A stretch of 49,481 nucleotides of DNA, from assembly GCA_030640625.1 (NCBI GenBank), contig DAOWJB010000011.1, positions 1 to 49,481 on the forward strand, read 5' to 3'. Source of the stretch: Bacteroides sp. Its GTDB lineage: Bacteria > Bacteroidota > Bacteroidia > Bacteroidales > SM23-62. The notes under the pieces are model-generated. The model ran no database searches. It had not been told where the DNA came from and was given only the letters and a program-made list of their open reading frames with translations. The position numbers and the translations under genes were made by a program. This document shows, piece by piece, positions 1 to 10,015 of this stretch (position 1 is its first letter; every line of letters starts with the position of its first letter).

Positions 1-1
1 A

Positions 2-2239
2 ACGGTAACCGGACTGGTTCAGGGGGTTGGTTTCAGGCCGTTTATTTACCGGCTGGCACATGAAACAGGTCTTGAGGGATGGGTGGCTAATACCAACGAA
101 AATGTCAGGATTGCTGTCAATGCAGACCGGGCTGGCCTGGAACAGTTCATTCATCTGATCCGCCATCAGGCTCCCCCTGCATCCCAAATTGGTACGATCC
201 ATGCCAAAACTACTGCTCCTGAGAAGTATTCCGGTTTCAGGATCATTGAGAGTGAGAACCTTTCTGATGCGGTCACCCAGGTTAGTCCGGATATAGCCGT
301 ATGCGAGGATTGCTTGAGAGACATGTCAGCGCAATCCAAGCGCATCGAATATCCTTTCCTGAACTGCACAAATTGCGGTCCGCGTTTCACCATCATTAAG
401 GACCTGCCCTACGACCGATCCCATACCACCATGCATGATTTTAAGATGTGTGCTGCATGCGAACAAGAGTATGGTGATGTACTGGACCGGCGGTTTCATG
501 CCCAGCCGACGGCTTGTTTGGATTGTGGTCCCACTTATACGCTTGTATTGGGACCGGAAAGCATACATGGGATAAAGGAAATAATCAGCCGGACCGCAGG
601 CCTGATAGACGGGGGTGGGATCGTGTCCATTAAGGGACTCGGGGGATTCTTTATGGCCTGTGATGCATTGAATGGAGTAGCGGTTAACCGTCTCAGGGCT
701 TCGAAAAACCGGGAAGGAAAGCCTTTTGCCGTCATGTTCAGCAGTTTGGAACAGGCCAGGAAGTATTGCGTGATCTCGGATATTGAAGCAACTTTGTTAA
801 GCTCATGGAGGCGTCCCATTGTTATTTTGAAAGGGAAGAATGGGCTGGCTCCCGGTGTATCCAACGGGTTTCCCACCATCGGGACAATGTTGCCCTATAT
901 GCCCTTCCATTACCTGCTGTTTGAGCAGCTGAAAACCCGGGTGATTGTACTGACTTCGGGCAACCTGGCAGAGGAGCCCATCATCATTAATAACCAGCAG
1001 GCAGAAGAGAACCTCGGACCGGTTTCTGATGCCGTATTACATTATAACCGTGACATCCATAACAGGGCTGATGATTCAGTATCAATGGTGGTCAGGGACC
1101 AGTCCCGTTTGCTCAGAAGATCAAGGGGGTATGTGCCCAATCCTGTACACCTTGGATTGTCCGTTGAAGGCATCTTTGCAGCAGGCGCTGAACTGGTGAA
1201 TTGTTTCTGTCTTGGAAAAGGAAACCAGGCGATCATGAGTCAGCATATCGGTGATCTGAAAAACTTTGAGACTTTTGAGTTCTACAGGGAGACATATGAC
1301 CGGTTCAGGGCTTTGTTTCGTCTTGAACCCGGACTGGTGGCTTGTGATATGCACCCGGACTACCTGTCAACAAGATTTGCCAGGGAACTGGAATTGCCAA
1401 CCCTGGCTGTTCAGCATCATCATGCACATATTGCCTCGGTAATGGCCGAACATGGTATAGATGAAAAAGTGATAGGGGTCAGCTTTGATGGGACCGGACT
1501 GGGAGAAGACCGGCATATCTGGGGATCTGAGTTCCTTTTATGTGACCTGGCCGGATATGAGCGGGTATCACACCTGGAATATATGCCTATGCCCGGAGGC
1601 GATATGGCCACACATGAACCCTGGCGTATGGCAGTTTCTTTCCTATACAAAATATACGGCAGAGACCTGCTGGAACTGAACCTGTCTTTTCTGAAGAAAT
1701 TGAAAGGGTCCATGGTGGACCAGGTGATCCAGGCCATCGAAAAAAATATCAATTGTCCCCTGTCCTCCGGTGCCGGCAGGTTATTTGATGCCGCTGCTGC
1801 ACTCCTGGATCTTTGTTCCTTTTCAAGTTTCCATGCAGAAGCTCCGATGAGACTTGAAAGTGTGATCAATCCGGATGATTCAGGCGCTTATCCTTTTGTT
1901 GAGGGAGACGATATATCCCTGGCACCAGCCTTTCAATCCATGGTGGAGGAATTGCTGGCAGGATCGGGCCCGGGCTCGATTTCAGCCAGGTTCCATAATA
2001 CGATCATTGATATCATTATCAACCGGGTAAATAAGATCAGCCAGGAATCTGGCATCCGAACAGTAGCCCTCTCCGGAGGTACCTTTCAAAACAGGTATCT
2101 GTCAACCCGGATAGAAGACAGCCTGCTGGATAGTCAATTTAAAGTACTGGTTCCCAGGCAATTGCCCGCCAATGATGGAGGGATCGCCCTGGGACAGCTT
2201 GCCATTGCTGCAAAAAAGCGTGAAACAGGGGATTATTGA
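2..2239 (+). CDS. hypF: [NiFe]-hydrogenase maturation carbamoyltransferase HypF, 5'-partial (continues off the left edge)
   Basis: The frame of the 83..2239 ORF stays open back to base 2. There it encodes VTGLVQGVGFRPFIYRLAHETGLEGW, the acylphosphatase-domain signature, so the GTG at 83 is not the real start. Downstream are two paired Cys zinc-finger motifs (CEDCLRDM..CTNCGPRF and CAACEQEY..CLDCGPTY), a YrdC-like segment (SIKGLGGFF) and a Kae1-like C-terminal half. Confidence 0.93.
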   Translation, partial: TVTGLVQGVGFRPFIYRLAHETGLEGWVANTNENVRIAVNADRAGLEQFIHLIRHQAPPASQIGTIHAKTTAPEKYSGFRIIESENLSDAVTQVSPDIAVCEDCLRDMSAQSKRIEYPFLNCTNCGPRFTIIKDLPYDRSHTTMHDFKMCAACEQEYGDVLDRRFHAQPTACLDCGPTYTLVLGPESIHGIKEIISRTAGLIDGGGIVSIKGLGGFFMACDALNGVAVNRLRASKNREGKPFAVMFSSLEQARKYCVISDIEATLLSSWRRPIVILKGKNGLAPGVSNGFPTIGTMLPYMPFHYLLFEQLKTRVIVLTSGNLAEEPIIINNQQAEENLGPVSDAVLHYNRDIHNRADDSVSMVVRDQSRLLRRSRGYVPNPVHLGLSVEGIFAAGAELVNCFCLGKGNQAIMSQHIGDLKNFETFEFYRETYDRFRALFRLEPGLVACDMHPDYLSTRFARELELPTLAVQHHHAHIASVMAEHGIDEKVIGVSFDGTGLGEDRHIWGSEFLLCDLAGYERVSHLEYMPMPGGDMATHEPWRMAVSFLYKIYGRDLLELNLSFLKKLKGSMVDQVIQAIEKNINCPLSSGAGRLFDAAAALLDLCSFSSFHAEAPMRLESVINPDDSGAYPFVEGDDISLAPAFQSMVEELLAGSGPGSISARFHNTIIDIIINRVNKISQESGIRTVALSGGTFQNRYLSTRIEDSLLDSQFKVLVPRQLPANDGGIALGQLAIAAKKRETGDY

Positions 2240-2682
2240 TGCCCGTAACCGCTTGAGGTGATGTATTTTTCGAGATCCTTGATCGTGATTTCTTGTTCTT
2301 TAATAATGGCATTCACGACATCACCAATGGAGACAATACCAACAAGCTTGTTATGATCAAGTACGGGGATATGCCTGACATGCTTATTGGTCATTACAGC
2401 CATGAGCTCCAGGGTGGTTGATTCGGGCTTGGCAGTGGTCAGTTCAGTGGTCATGTAATCTTCAACCATGGATTCCTTGGATGATTTGCCATGAAGGATG
2501 ATCTTGCGTGCATAATCCCTCTCTGAGAACATCCCCACCAGTTTCCCATCGCTATCCATTACCATAAGGGCTCCACAATTTTTATCTGCCATGATCTGCA
2601 ACGCTTCGAATACTGTTGCACCGGGACTGACATTGTAAGTCTCATTTCCCTTGGTCTCTAATATTTGCTTTACGGTCGTCAT
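2233..2682 (-). CDS. CBS-pair domain protein
   Basis: 149 aa containing two CBS-like repeats (..ALQIMADKNCGALMVMDSDGKLVGMFSERD.. and ..AVMTNKHVRHIPVLDHNKLVGIVSIGDV..). Its stop codon overlaps the hypF stop by 7 nt, convergently. Confidence 0.85.
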   Translation of the reverse strand: MTTVKQILETKGNETYNVSPGATVFEALQIMADKNCGALMVMDSDGKLVGMFSERDYARKIILHGKSSKESMVEDYMTTELTTAKPESTTLELMAVMTNKHVRHIPVLDHNKLVGIVSIGDVVNAIIKEQEITIKDLEKYITSSGYGHQ

Positions 2683-2821
2683 AATACTGTTATTTTATTT
2701 TGCCAATAAAGATACAATTATAAGCAGATTTTTTAAGAGGTTATAAGTAAAAAATGCCGGTCATGCAAAAATCAAATTTCCATTATTATGTATTACTTTT
2801 AGGAACTCAAATCCTGATAAG

Positions 2822-3163
2822 ATGCATGAGTTTTCCATAGCCATGGACATAGTCGATATCGCCACCAGCTATTCAAGGAAGGAGAAAGCCAATGTCGTGA
2901 AAGAAGTTGAGATCGAAGTCGGACAACTCTCAGGAGTTGTAGTTGAAGCTCTTGAATTTTCCCTGGAAGCCGCAGTAAAGGGAACCATGCTTGAAAATGC
3001 CAGAATGAACCTCATTTTCATACCGGGCAAGGCCAGGTGTACCAACTGTGCACAGGAATATGAAACCGATACAGTGTACATGCCCTGTCCGGCCTGCCAG
3101 ACCGGTGCCCCGGATATCTTTCAGGGGCGGGAACTCAGGGTAAAATCCCTCATCATAGACTAG
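2822..3163 (+). CDS. hypA: Hydrogenase nickel-insertion metallochaperone HypA
   Basis: 113 aa with the N-terminal MHEFS motif (Ni site) and CTNC..CPAC zinc-site cysteines. It lies next to hypB. Confidence 0.9.
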   Translation: MHEFSIAMDIVDIATSYSRKEKANVVKEVEIEVGQLSGVVVEALEFSLEAAVKGTMLENARMNLIFIPGKARCTNCAQEYETDTVYMPCPACQTGAPDIFQGRELRVKSLIID

Positions 3164-3216
3164 GGCACATTAAAAATCAGTGACGTGCCAGTATTGCCTG
3201 CAGAGTCCAATTTTAC

Positions 3217-3224
3217 TATCTTTG
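3217..3224 (+). promoter_or_regulatory. Candidate Bacteroidota -7 promoter box (TATCTTTG) for hypB
   Basis: Exact match to TAnnTTTG, 25 nt upstream of the hypB ATG, within the 86-nt hypA-hypB spacer. Confidence 0.4.
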
Positions 3225-3249
3225 TCGGGATCAAATAATATGTATTATC

Positions 3250-4074
3250 ATGTGTGACAGCTGCGGATGCGGACAGCCAGGGAAAGAGCCCACCATACTC
3301 AAACCAGGGGAACATCCCCACCACCATACACATACCCATGATGGGGTGGAGCATTCCCATGATCATGACCATGACGGGCATCATCATCATACTCATGACC
3401 ATGACCATAGACAGTACAGGAAGGTGGAGATTGAACAGGATGTGCTGGGAAAGAACAATTTGCTGGCCGAGCGGAACAGGGGTTATTTCGAGGCGAAAAA
3501 CATTCTGGCACTGAACCTGGTAAGTTCACCCGGTTCCGGAAAAACCAGTCTGCTGGAGAGGACCATCAGGGAACAGGGGAAAAACCTGTCATTCTTTATT
3601 ATCGAGGGTGACCAGCAGACCATGAATGATGCCAACCGGATCAAGGAGGCAGGAGCCCCTGTTGTGCAGGTCAATACCGGAGAGGGTTGCCACCTGGATG
3701 CGGATATGGTGAACAAGGCGGTGAAGAAGCTGGAGGTTAAGGACGGATCCATATTGATGATCGAAAATGTTGGCAATCTTATCTGTCCGGCCATGTTCGA
3801 CCTGGGTGAATCGTCCCGTGTGGTCATTATGAGTGTAACCGAAGGAGAGGACAAACCCTTAAAATACCCTTACATGTTCCAGACCTCGAATCTCTGTATC
3901 ATCAATAAAACAGATCTGCTGCCCTATCTTGATTTTGACCTCGGACAGGCCAGGGAATACGCTCAACAGGTCAACCCAAAGCTGGAATTCATTGAGTTAT
4001 CCGTAAAAACCGGTGAGGGAATGGACCAGTGGTATGACTGGTTTAAGCAAGCAGCTACTCCTCCTCAAGTTTGA
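3250..4074 (+). CDS. hypB: Hydrogenase nickel-incorporation GTPase HypB with a His-rich nickel-storage tract
   Basis: N-terminal MCDSCGCG (CxxCGC high-affinity metal site). A His/Asp-rich tract has 17 His in residues 22-53. Also present: P-loop [18 protein letters not shown], and NKTDL. Confidence 0.93.
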   Translation: MCDSCGCGQPGKEPTILKPGEHPHHHTHTHDGVEHSHDHDHDGHHHHTHDHDHRQYRKVEIEQDVLGKNNLLAERNRGYFEAKNILALNLVSSPGSGKTSLLERTIREQGKNLSFFIIEGDQQTMNDANRIKEAGAPVVQVNTGEGCHLDADMVNKAVKKLEVKDGSILMIENVGNLICPAMFDLGESSRVVIMSVTEGEDKPLKYPYMFQTSNLCIINKTDLLPYLDFDLGQAREYAQQVNPKLEFIELSVKTGEGMDQWYDWFKQAATPPQV

Positions 4075-4969
4075 AGGGCGTGACCTGGTAAACATAATAG
4101 TTCAGCCAGTTGGTATAGAGCAGGACCGCATGGCTCCGCCACTGGACCATGGGCAGTTTTGAAGGGTCATCCTCCGGGAAGTAATTTACAGGGAGCTGGG
4201 TATCCATACCCTTGGCAATGTCTCTTTCATATTCATCCCTTAGCGTGTTGGGATCGTATTCTGAGTGTCCGGTCACAAAGATCTTTTTACCGTCCCTTGT
4301 TCCCAGGATGTAAATACCTGCCACATCCGATTCTGCAATGATCTGAAGTTCCTTAACCTTGAAGACGTCTTCCCTTTCGATATGCATGTACCGGGAGTGA
4401 GGAGCAGGGAAAAGATCGTCGAATCCGCGCACCAGGGGGATTTTGCGATCCAGGACACGGTGTTTGAAGACACCAAACATTTTCTTCTGCAGTAATTTTT
4501 TCTCGATCCCGTAAAAATGGTAAAGGGCTGCCTGGGCTCCCCAGCACAGATACAGTGTGGAAGTGACGTGGGATTCAGACCAGTCCATGATCTCCTTCAA
4601 TTCCTTCCAGTAAGTTATATCCTCAAAGTTTATGAAGCCAAGGGGGGCCCCGGTAATGATCAGTCCGTCGTACTTGTGATCCCTGACCTGGTCGAAAGTC
4701 TTATAAAAGGTCTGCAGGTGCTCGATGGAAGTGTTCTTGGAAGTATGATTTTTTGGATGGATCAGGTCAATCTCAATTTGCAGCGGAGTATTGGAAAGCA
4801 GTCGCAGCAAATGGGTTTCCGTGGTATGCTTGACCGGCATAATGTTCAGGATCACGATGCGCTGGGGCCGGATATCCTGGTGAATGGCCCTTGTCTGGTC
4901 CATGACGAAAATGTTCTCCTCCTTAAGAACAGCTGCTGCAGGCAGATTGTCAGGGATATTGATAGGCAT
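4055..4969 (-). CDS. metA: Homoserine O-acyltransferase (MetA family; acetyl vs succinyl specificity not determinable here)
   Basis: 304 aa with N-terminus [23 protein letters not shown], typical of MetA. Length and overall pattern match. The 3' end overlaps the hypB 3' end by 20 nt, convergently. Confidence 0.9.
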   Translation of the reverse strand: MPINIPDNLPAAAVLKEENIFVMDQTRAIHQDIRPQRIVILNIMPVKHTTETHLLRLLSNTPLQIEIDLIHPKNHTSKNTSIEHLQTFYKTFDQVRDHKYDGLIITGAPLGFINFEDITYWKELKEIMDWSESHVTSTLYLCWGAQAALYHFYGIEKKLLQKKMFGVFKHRVLDRKIPLVRGFDDLFPAPHSRYMHIEREDVFKVKELQIIAESDVAGIYILGTRDGKKIFVTGHSEYDPNTLRDEYERDIAKGMDTQLPVNYFPEDDPSKLPMVQWRSHAVLLYTNWLNYYVYQVTPFKLEEE

Positions 4970-5000
4970 ATTGTTCTATTTCTAATTGTTGGTAAAAATA

Positions 5001-7580
5001 CTATCTCGTTGAATAAGATGAAATTGCTGGACCGAAAAAAATGGCATTCATGAACAACTTATTTGTTCCATACCAGAATCCACGGAAATTCGGGTTATCG
5101 ATAAAAGAGATGATCTTTCCTGATCCCAGGCTGTTAATGATCACCCCGGGAGTGTTCCGGAGCTCATCGTATTTTTCTTCCGGGACATATCCACTGAGCA
5201 GTGGTTCATCTGTATATCTTACCGGATAGGCATAGGGACGGTGGTCTGGCAGGGCAATCAGGGAATGGTTCCTGAAAACCGGGATGGTCTTCCGCCCGAG
5301 TCCATACCCGATGGGGTGGCTGATATCCACATGGGCCTGGAATATACTACCGCTGATCCGTTGTGCCCCACTGTTGTTTCTCAGGTCCTTATATGCCTTA
5401 TATCCGGAGCTGTCAACTGGATTTGCCTTAAATTTCATGGAGGTAAGTTTGTTCTCATTCAGCCACCGGTTGGCAGTATTCAGGGCAATGATGGTTCCCC
5501 CTTTGTTGACCCATCGGGTAATCTCCTGCCGGCCGGTAGCACTGATCCTGTTGTATGAACCTGGAGGCATGAGCAGATGTGTGTATCCTGAGAGGTCCAT
5601 GGAGTTCAACTGCTCCTGATTGATGAGCACAACGGGCATATGCATACGTGCATCAAGCAGGTTCCATATCTCGCCGGCATCCAGGCTGCGGACACCATCA
5701 CCGGTAAGCAATAATACTTCAGGTTTTTGAAGGGGAACGAAACGGCCGCTGCCCATGTCCATGCCCTCAATCGTATAGGATGTACCGAGCGAGTAGGCAA
5801 TGACGCTGGTTTCACGGACTGCTCCATCAATGATGTCATATACCTCTCCGGGGGGGGACTCCTGTTGTTGGACCGGTATGAAAATGCTCCCGTAGCTGAA
5901 AGATTGATTGATCTCCTGGTTTTGATAAGCTATGGGCTCTGTGCCTACCTGGGTTATTAACCCGGCGGATTGGATCTTATACAGGGCTTTTGGTGCATCA
6001 TATTCATTCCAGCGGAAAATATAACCTACCTCACTTACCTCTCCGATGATCTTTCCCTGCTGGCTGTCTGATTTCAGCATCTGCTCACCCTTCAATTCTC
6101 CGGCCAGGCTGGATTGATTGACAGCGGCATAGGGTATGTTAAAGGCATAGGGGAGGGTCCAGGCAGAAACATCATAGAACAAACTGTCGGCAAAGGTTTT
6201 CTGGGGACGGAAAAGGCTCTGAACCAGCCTGAATTGGAGCTGGTTTAGTGGGACTACATAAGCCTTTGCAGGTGTATATGTAACGCCGTCAATGGTATGG
6301 TTTTGCTTTAACCTGTATACCTCGATCCGGTGCTGGAGCAGAATATCTATAAAGCTTGCCAGGGTGCCTGCACCATCAGCATCCCCGAACACATAGGCCT
6401 TTTCGGTTGCAGCATCGTATTGGGAGCTGTATGCCTTGTAAAAATCCCGCTGGTGTTCCAATAGTTCAGTCCGCATTTCATAGGATGCTTTCAGGGTAGA
6501 GAAAGATACCTTGACCTGGTTTCTGATGGCATAGGGGAAAGTAAGTTTTCCACCGGAAGTGTTCCGTTCAAATCCCCTGGTACCGGCCTGTTCGAAAAGG
6601 ATGCCTATGCTGCCGTTGACATCGGGATAAGAAGATCCCTTCCCATAGTAAAAATCATCAAAGATCTCTTCCGTAAAATACAGGCTGCCAATTTCATCGA
6701 GTGCCCTGGCATGGTACTGCCCGATCTTGCTGGTCAGGTCCGTGGTACCCTGTGGAGTATAAGGATTGGTGCGGGAAGGGATCCCGGGCTGGAAGAAAAA
6801 GGTCGAAGATGAACCCATTTCATGATGGTCTGTCTGCACATTTGGTCGCCATTGATGGAAAACTTCCACCCGGCCCCTGGATTCCGGATGTTGCAGCAGG
6901 ATCCAGTCACGGTTCAGGTCAAACCAGTAATGATTGGTCCGGCCCCCTGGCCATACTTCACGGAATCCTCGGCTGTTATCGTCTGCCACCGGGGTTTGGG
7001 ATTTATGCATATTGATCCAGCTGGCATGTCGGTTGAATCCGTCGGGGTTCAGGCAGGGATCGATCAGGATCACCATCTTGTCCAAATAGTCCAGCACAGC
7101 CTGATCCAGGGAAGCGGCCAGGTAATAGGCTGCCAGGACCGATGAATTGGAGGCACTCGATTCGTTTCCGTGAACACCATATCCCAGCCTGACCACCACC
7201 GGCATGTCTTCCAGATCCAATTGATCACTGACTGCGGGATCACCGAGTTTCAAATGTTCCTCCCTGATCTGTTCAAGCCTGGCGTGATTTTCGGGAGAGG
7301 TTATAATGAGATGGAAAAGGGGACGGTTCTCCCAAGACCGTGCGTATTCCTGCAGTACCACCCGGTCAGATTCTTGGGCCAGTTTGTCCAGGTAGGCAGC
7401 GAGCTTATCGTGGGTCAGGTGCCACTCTCCAACCTGGTGACCGATAACTGATTCCGGTGTGGGGATCTCCGGAAGGGTTTTTTCACCCGGCAAATAATAA
7501 TCCAGCTCTACCTGCGAAAAAACAGACAGGGGCAGTATATAAAACACAGCACAGACAAGAAACCTTCTCATGGTCAGCAT
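5001..7580 (-). CDS. Secreted M14-family zinc carboxypeptidase with a large C-terminal extension
   Basis: Signal-peptide-like N-terminus (MRRFLVCAVFYILPLSVFSQ; the ATG at 7571 is an alternative start). M14-like segments include GYGVHGNESS and PCLNPDG..R, plus HHEMG. 859 aa. Confidence 0.8.
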   Translation of the reverse strand: MLTMRRFLVCAVFYILPLSVFSQVELDYYLPGEKTLPEIPTPESVIGHQVGEWHLTHDKLAAYLDKLAQESDRVVLQEYARSWENRPLFHLIITSPENHARLEQIREEHLKLGDPAVSDQLDLEDMPVVVRLGYGVHGNESSASNSSVLAAYYLAASLDQAVLDYLDKMVILIDPCLNPDGFNRHASWINMHKSQTPVADDNSRGFREVWPGGRTNHYWFDLNRDWILLQHPESRGRVEVFHQWRPNVQTDHHEMGSSSTFFFQPGIPSRTNPYTPQGTTDLTSKIGQYHARALDEIGSLYFTEEIFDDFYYGKGSSYPDVNGSIGILFEQAGTRGFERNTSGGKLTFPYAIRNQVKVSFSTLKASYEMRTELLEHQRDFYKAYSSQYDAATEKAYVFGDADGAGTLASFIDILLQHRIEVYRLKQNHTIDGVTYTPAKAYVVPLNQLQFRLVQSLFRPQKTFADSLFYDVSAWTLPYAFNIPYAAVNQSSLAGELKGEQMLKSDSQQGKIIGEVSEVGYIFRWNEYDAPKALYKIQSAGLITQVGTEPIAYQNQEINQSFSYGSIFIPVQQQESPPGEVYDIIDGAVRETSVIAYSLGTSYTIEGMDMGSGRFVPLQKPEVLLLTGDGVRSLDAGEIWNLLDARMHMPVVLINQEQLNSMDLSGYTHLLMPPGSYNRISATGRQEITRWVNKGGTIIALNTANRWLNENKLTSMKFKANPVDSSGYKAYKDLRNNSGAQRISGSIFQAHVDISHPIGYGLGRKTIPVFRNHSLIALPDHRPYAYPVRYTDEPLLSGYVPEEKYDELRNTPGVIINSLGSGKIISFIDNPNFRGFWYGTNKLFMNAIFFGPAISSYSTR

Positions 7581-7643
7581 GCTTTGATGAGGGGGTAAAA
7601 ATAGTCAAAAAACAAAAGCCGTCGAACAAAGCCTTATTACCTT

Positions 7644-9788
7644 TTATAATCGTATTCGTATACCCGGACCTATCAAAAAGAACCACTTCTGGTACTTCAA
7701 CTGGTATCCCCCGCCGATATAGAGGGGGAAGGTGAGTTTAACATCCTTGGTCGTAGGATAAAGGCTGCCAATGACAACCAGGCCGATGTCACGGTTTTCC
7801 GCATTATCACTGAAATTGAAAGTGTTAAGGGCAAGAAAGCCGGCACCAATCTTATAGGGTCGCTGGACATTGATCTTTTCGGGGTGGTAGAAGGTAAACT
7901 GGGCAATCATGGCAATGCTGATCCCGGTCAGCTGTCCCAGGCGCTGATCCTCCGCCCCCTCCTCGGGCTTAGACACAGTGATGAGTCCCGCAGGAAAAGA
8001 TACTTCGATATCGAAAGACATATCCTTGCGCAGGACAATGTCGAATTCCTTGGTCTCACCCCGGCCGCCGTATTTTTCCTTCATGTGTGAAAGCCGGATC
8101 TTTATCGTTGACCAGATATCCAGGTTCGAGGTCTGGGTCCGGATATAGCTGTTCAGATCAAAATTCTGAAGTCCGCAATCCCGGTAATTATAAAATTCAG
8201 ACCTGGGGGATTTGATGCCCGGACAGATCACAATATCATTGATCATCTTTACATCTATCAGTTCACCTCGCCTGCCGGTGACGGTAATATCCATCCTCAG
8301 GTATTGTTTTCCGTACATTTTCTCGTCCGTATCGATCATATCAGGATCACTCCCGAATTGAAAGTTCTGGATCGTTCCATCTGTCAGGTTGGTTGCGGGG
8401 AGGTCAGAGATCCTGTGCTTTTTTCCCTGGTATTCAATCCAGATAAAATCCAAGGGTCTCGGTTCCTGGTATTCCTTGACGTTCAGGGTCCTTCCCATGG
8501 GCTGTGCATAGTTGAATAATTCCAGTCTCCGCTTGGAGACATCCATGGGCACCTTGAATTCGTATAATGCCATGTTTTCCCCCCTGATGGTGGAATCAGA
8601 GGTGACATCCTCCAGCTCTTCAAAATTGAATGCTGCCTTATGAAGGCCGACACCTTCAATTCTCATATCTATTGTCTCACCGGGGTAAACATTCAGGTTC
8701 TCTGACCAGTCACCACCTCGCATGATACTGATCCGGCTGACGGTTGTTTTAGGGGTGATATCGAAATTGGTAATAAACCGGGGAACATCACCGTCTTTGA
8801 TGTACAGGTAGCCTTCAGCATTCCGGTGGAGGTTGTACACCCTGAGCAGGCAAAGAACCCGGTTATTTGTCAGCTGATACTTCGTGAATAGTTCAGCGAT
8901 CAATGTTCCTCCGGCCTTTTCCTGGTTTTCTACCCGGTATGTCTTCTGCATTTCCATCAGCAGGCCATGATCCATCTGTACCTCGATGCCCATACTTTGT
9001 GTGGAGTCATCCAGGGTGATCTCCTGCCTGTCAAGATTCAGGAACTGAAGCCTGGTCCGGCTTACATAGAACCTGTGTTCGATGGGGGGAAGGTCAAATA
9101 CCAGATCACCAAGCTCATTGATCATGGGACGCTTTAATTTAAATGGTATGGAAATGCTGAGCCTGCCAAGGACCTTTGGGATAATGTGTAATTGGATCTG
9201 GTTGAAGGTCTTGGTGATACGGTAGTTCATCCGTGAATTTTCCACCCAGTCATTATTAAAATGGATATTCTCGATGTTGTTGGTTACCAGTTCATAGACC
9301 TTTTCCTCACCGATAAATAATTCTTCGCTGAGCGGATAAAATTTCAGGTATGTGTTCGTGTAGGGGAGGAGGTTTATCTCAACGAGCGGGGATCCCCTCA
9401 GTGAGGTTTCAGGATGGGAAAAGGTAAATTTCAGGAAGGATGTGTTTACCAGGTCCACGAACCGTACCTTGAAACGGATGAATTTACCTCTGATAATCTG
9501 AAGAGAATCAACCAGTTTAAAATCTCCGGAGGGATGCAGTTTAAGATCAGCGAGGTCCAGACCGCTTGCCGGAACCAGTTCCACTTCGCAGACAGCTGCC
9601 GGTTCTGAAAAGCTGAATGGCAGATGGGGTTGTCCCTTAAATTGGATCTGATCTCTTGTAAATGAGTATTCACTGGTATCAATCCGGAGGATAATATCAT
9701 CAAATATATCGTTGACATCCTGTGCGATGCCCGGAAGTACAAGAATGAACTGAATCAATAATATGGATATGGATCGCCTTGATTTCAT
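7644..9788 (-). CDS. Large exported hypothetical protein (714 aa), no recognisable family
   Basis: Long uninterrupted ORF with a signal peptide (MKSRRSISILLIQFILVLPGIAQ) and beta-rich composition. The C-terminal ~110 aa have alternating hydrophobic strands. A TAATTTTG box lies 23 nt upstream. It is co-oriented with the M14 gene 63 nt downstream. Confidence 0.7.
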   Translation of the reverse strand: MKSRRSISILLIQFILVLPGIAQDVNDIFDDIILRIDTSEYSFTRDQIQFKGQPHLPFSFSEPAAVCEVELVPASGLDLADLKLHPSGDFKLVDSLQIIRGKFIRFKVRFVDLVNTSFLKFTFSHPETSLRGSPLVEINLLPYTNTYLKFYPLSEELFIGEEKVYELVTNNIENIHFNNDWVENSRMNYRITKTFNQIQLHIIPKVLGRLSISIPFKLKRPMINELGDLVFDLPPIEHRFYVSRTRLQFLNLDRQEITLDDSTQSMGIEVQMDHGLLMEMQKTYRVENQEKAGGTLIAELFTKYQLTNNRVLCLLRVYNLHRNAEGYLYIKDGDVPRFITNFDITPKTTVSRISIMRGGDWSENLNVYPGETIDMRIEGVGLHKAAFNFEELEDVTSDSTIRGENMALYEFKVPMDVSKRRLELFNYAQPMGRTLNVKEYQEPRPLDFIWIEYQGKKHRISDLPATNLTDGTIQNFQFGSDPDMIDTDEKMYGKQYLRMDITVTGRRGELIDVKMINDIVICPGIKSPRSEFYNYRDCGLQNFDLNSYIRTQTSNLDIWSTIKIRLSHMKEKYGGRGETKEFDIVLRKDMSFDIEVSFPAGLITVSKPEEGAEDQRLGQLTGISIAMIAQFTFYHPEKINVQRPYKIGAGFLALNTFNFSDNAENRDIGLVVIGSLYPTTKDVKLTFPLYIGGGYQLKYQKWFFLIGPGIRIRL

Positions 9789-9811
9789 GTTTTTTGGGAT
9801 TTATGCCTGCG

Positions 9812-9819
9812 CAAAATTA
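9812..9819 (-). promoter_or_regulatory. Candidate -7 promoter box (TAATTTTG on the minus strand) for the 714-aa gene
   Basis: Exact TAnnTTTG, 23 nt upstream of the ATG at 9788. Confidence 0.45.
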
Positions 9820-9985
9820 GGATATGAAACTAAATCATATATGCAGCAACGATGAAAGATATTCACATATTATATATCAATTAATTTCTTTTCCGGTCAT
9901 TCCTTTCCACCTGGAGAGAGAGGTGCATCTGTCAGGCTGTTTTTTAACAATGATATTTATCACCAGAGATACCGGCATGATTTTC

Positions 9986-9993
9986 TAATTTTG
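9986..9993 (+). promoter_or_regulatory. Candidate -7 promoter box (TAATTTTG) for the acyl-CoA synthetase gene
   Basis: Exact TAnnTTTG, 22 nt upstream of the ATG at 10016. Confidence 0.45.
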
Positions 9994-10015
9994 TTATTGA
10001 ACTGAAAAATCAACC

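Noticed and set aside
3160-3529. Met/Val/His-rich ORFs on both strands around the hypB 5' region (for example [18 protein letters not shown]).
   Set aside because: They are artefacts of the CAT/GAC low-complexity DNA that encodes the HypB His tract.
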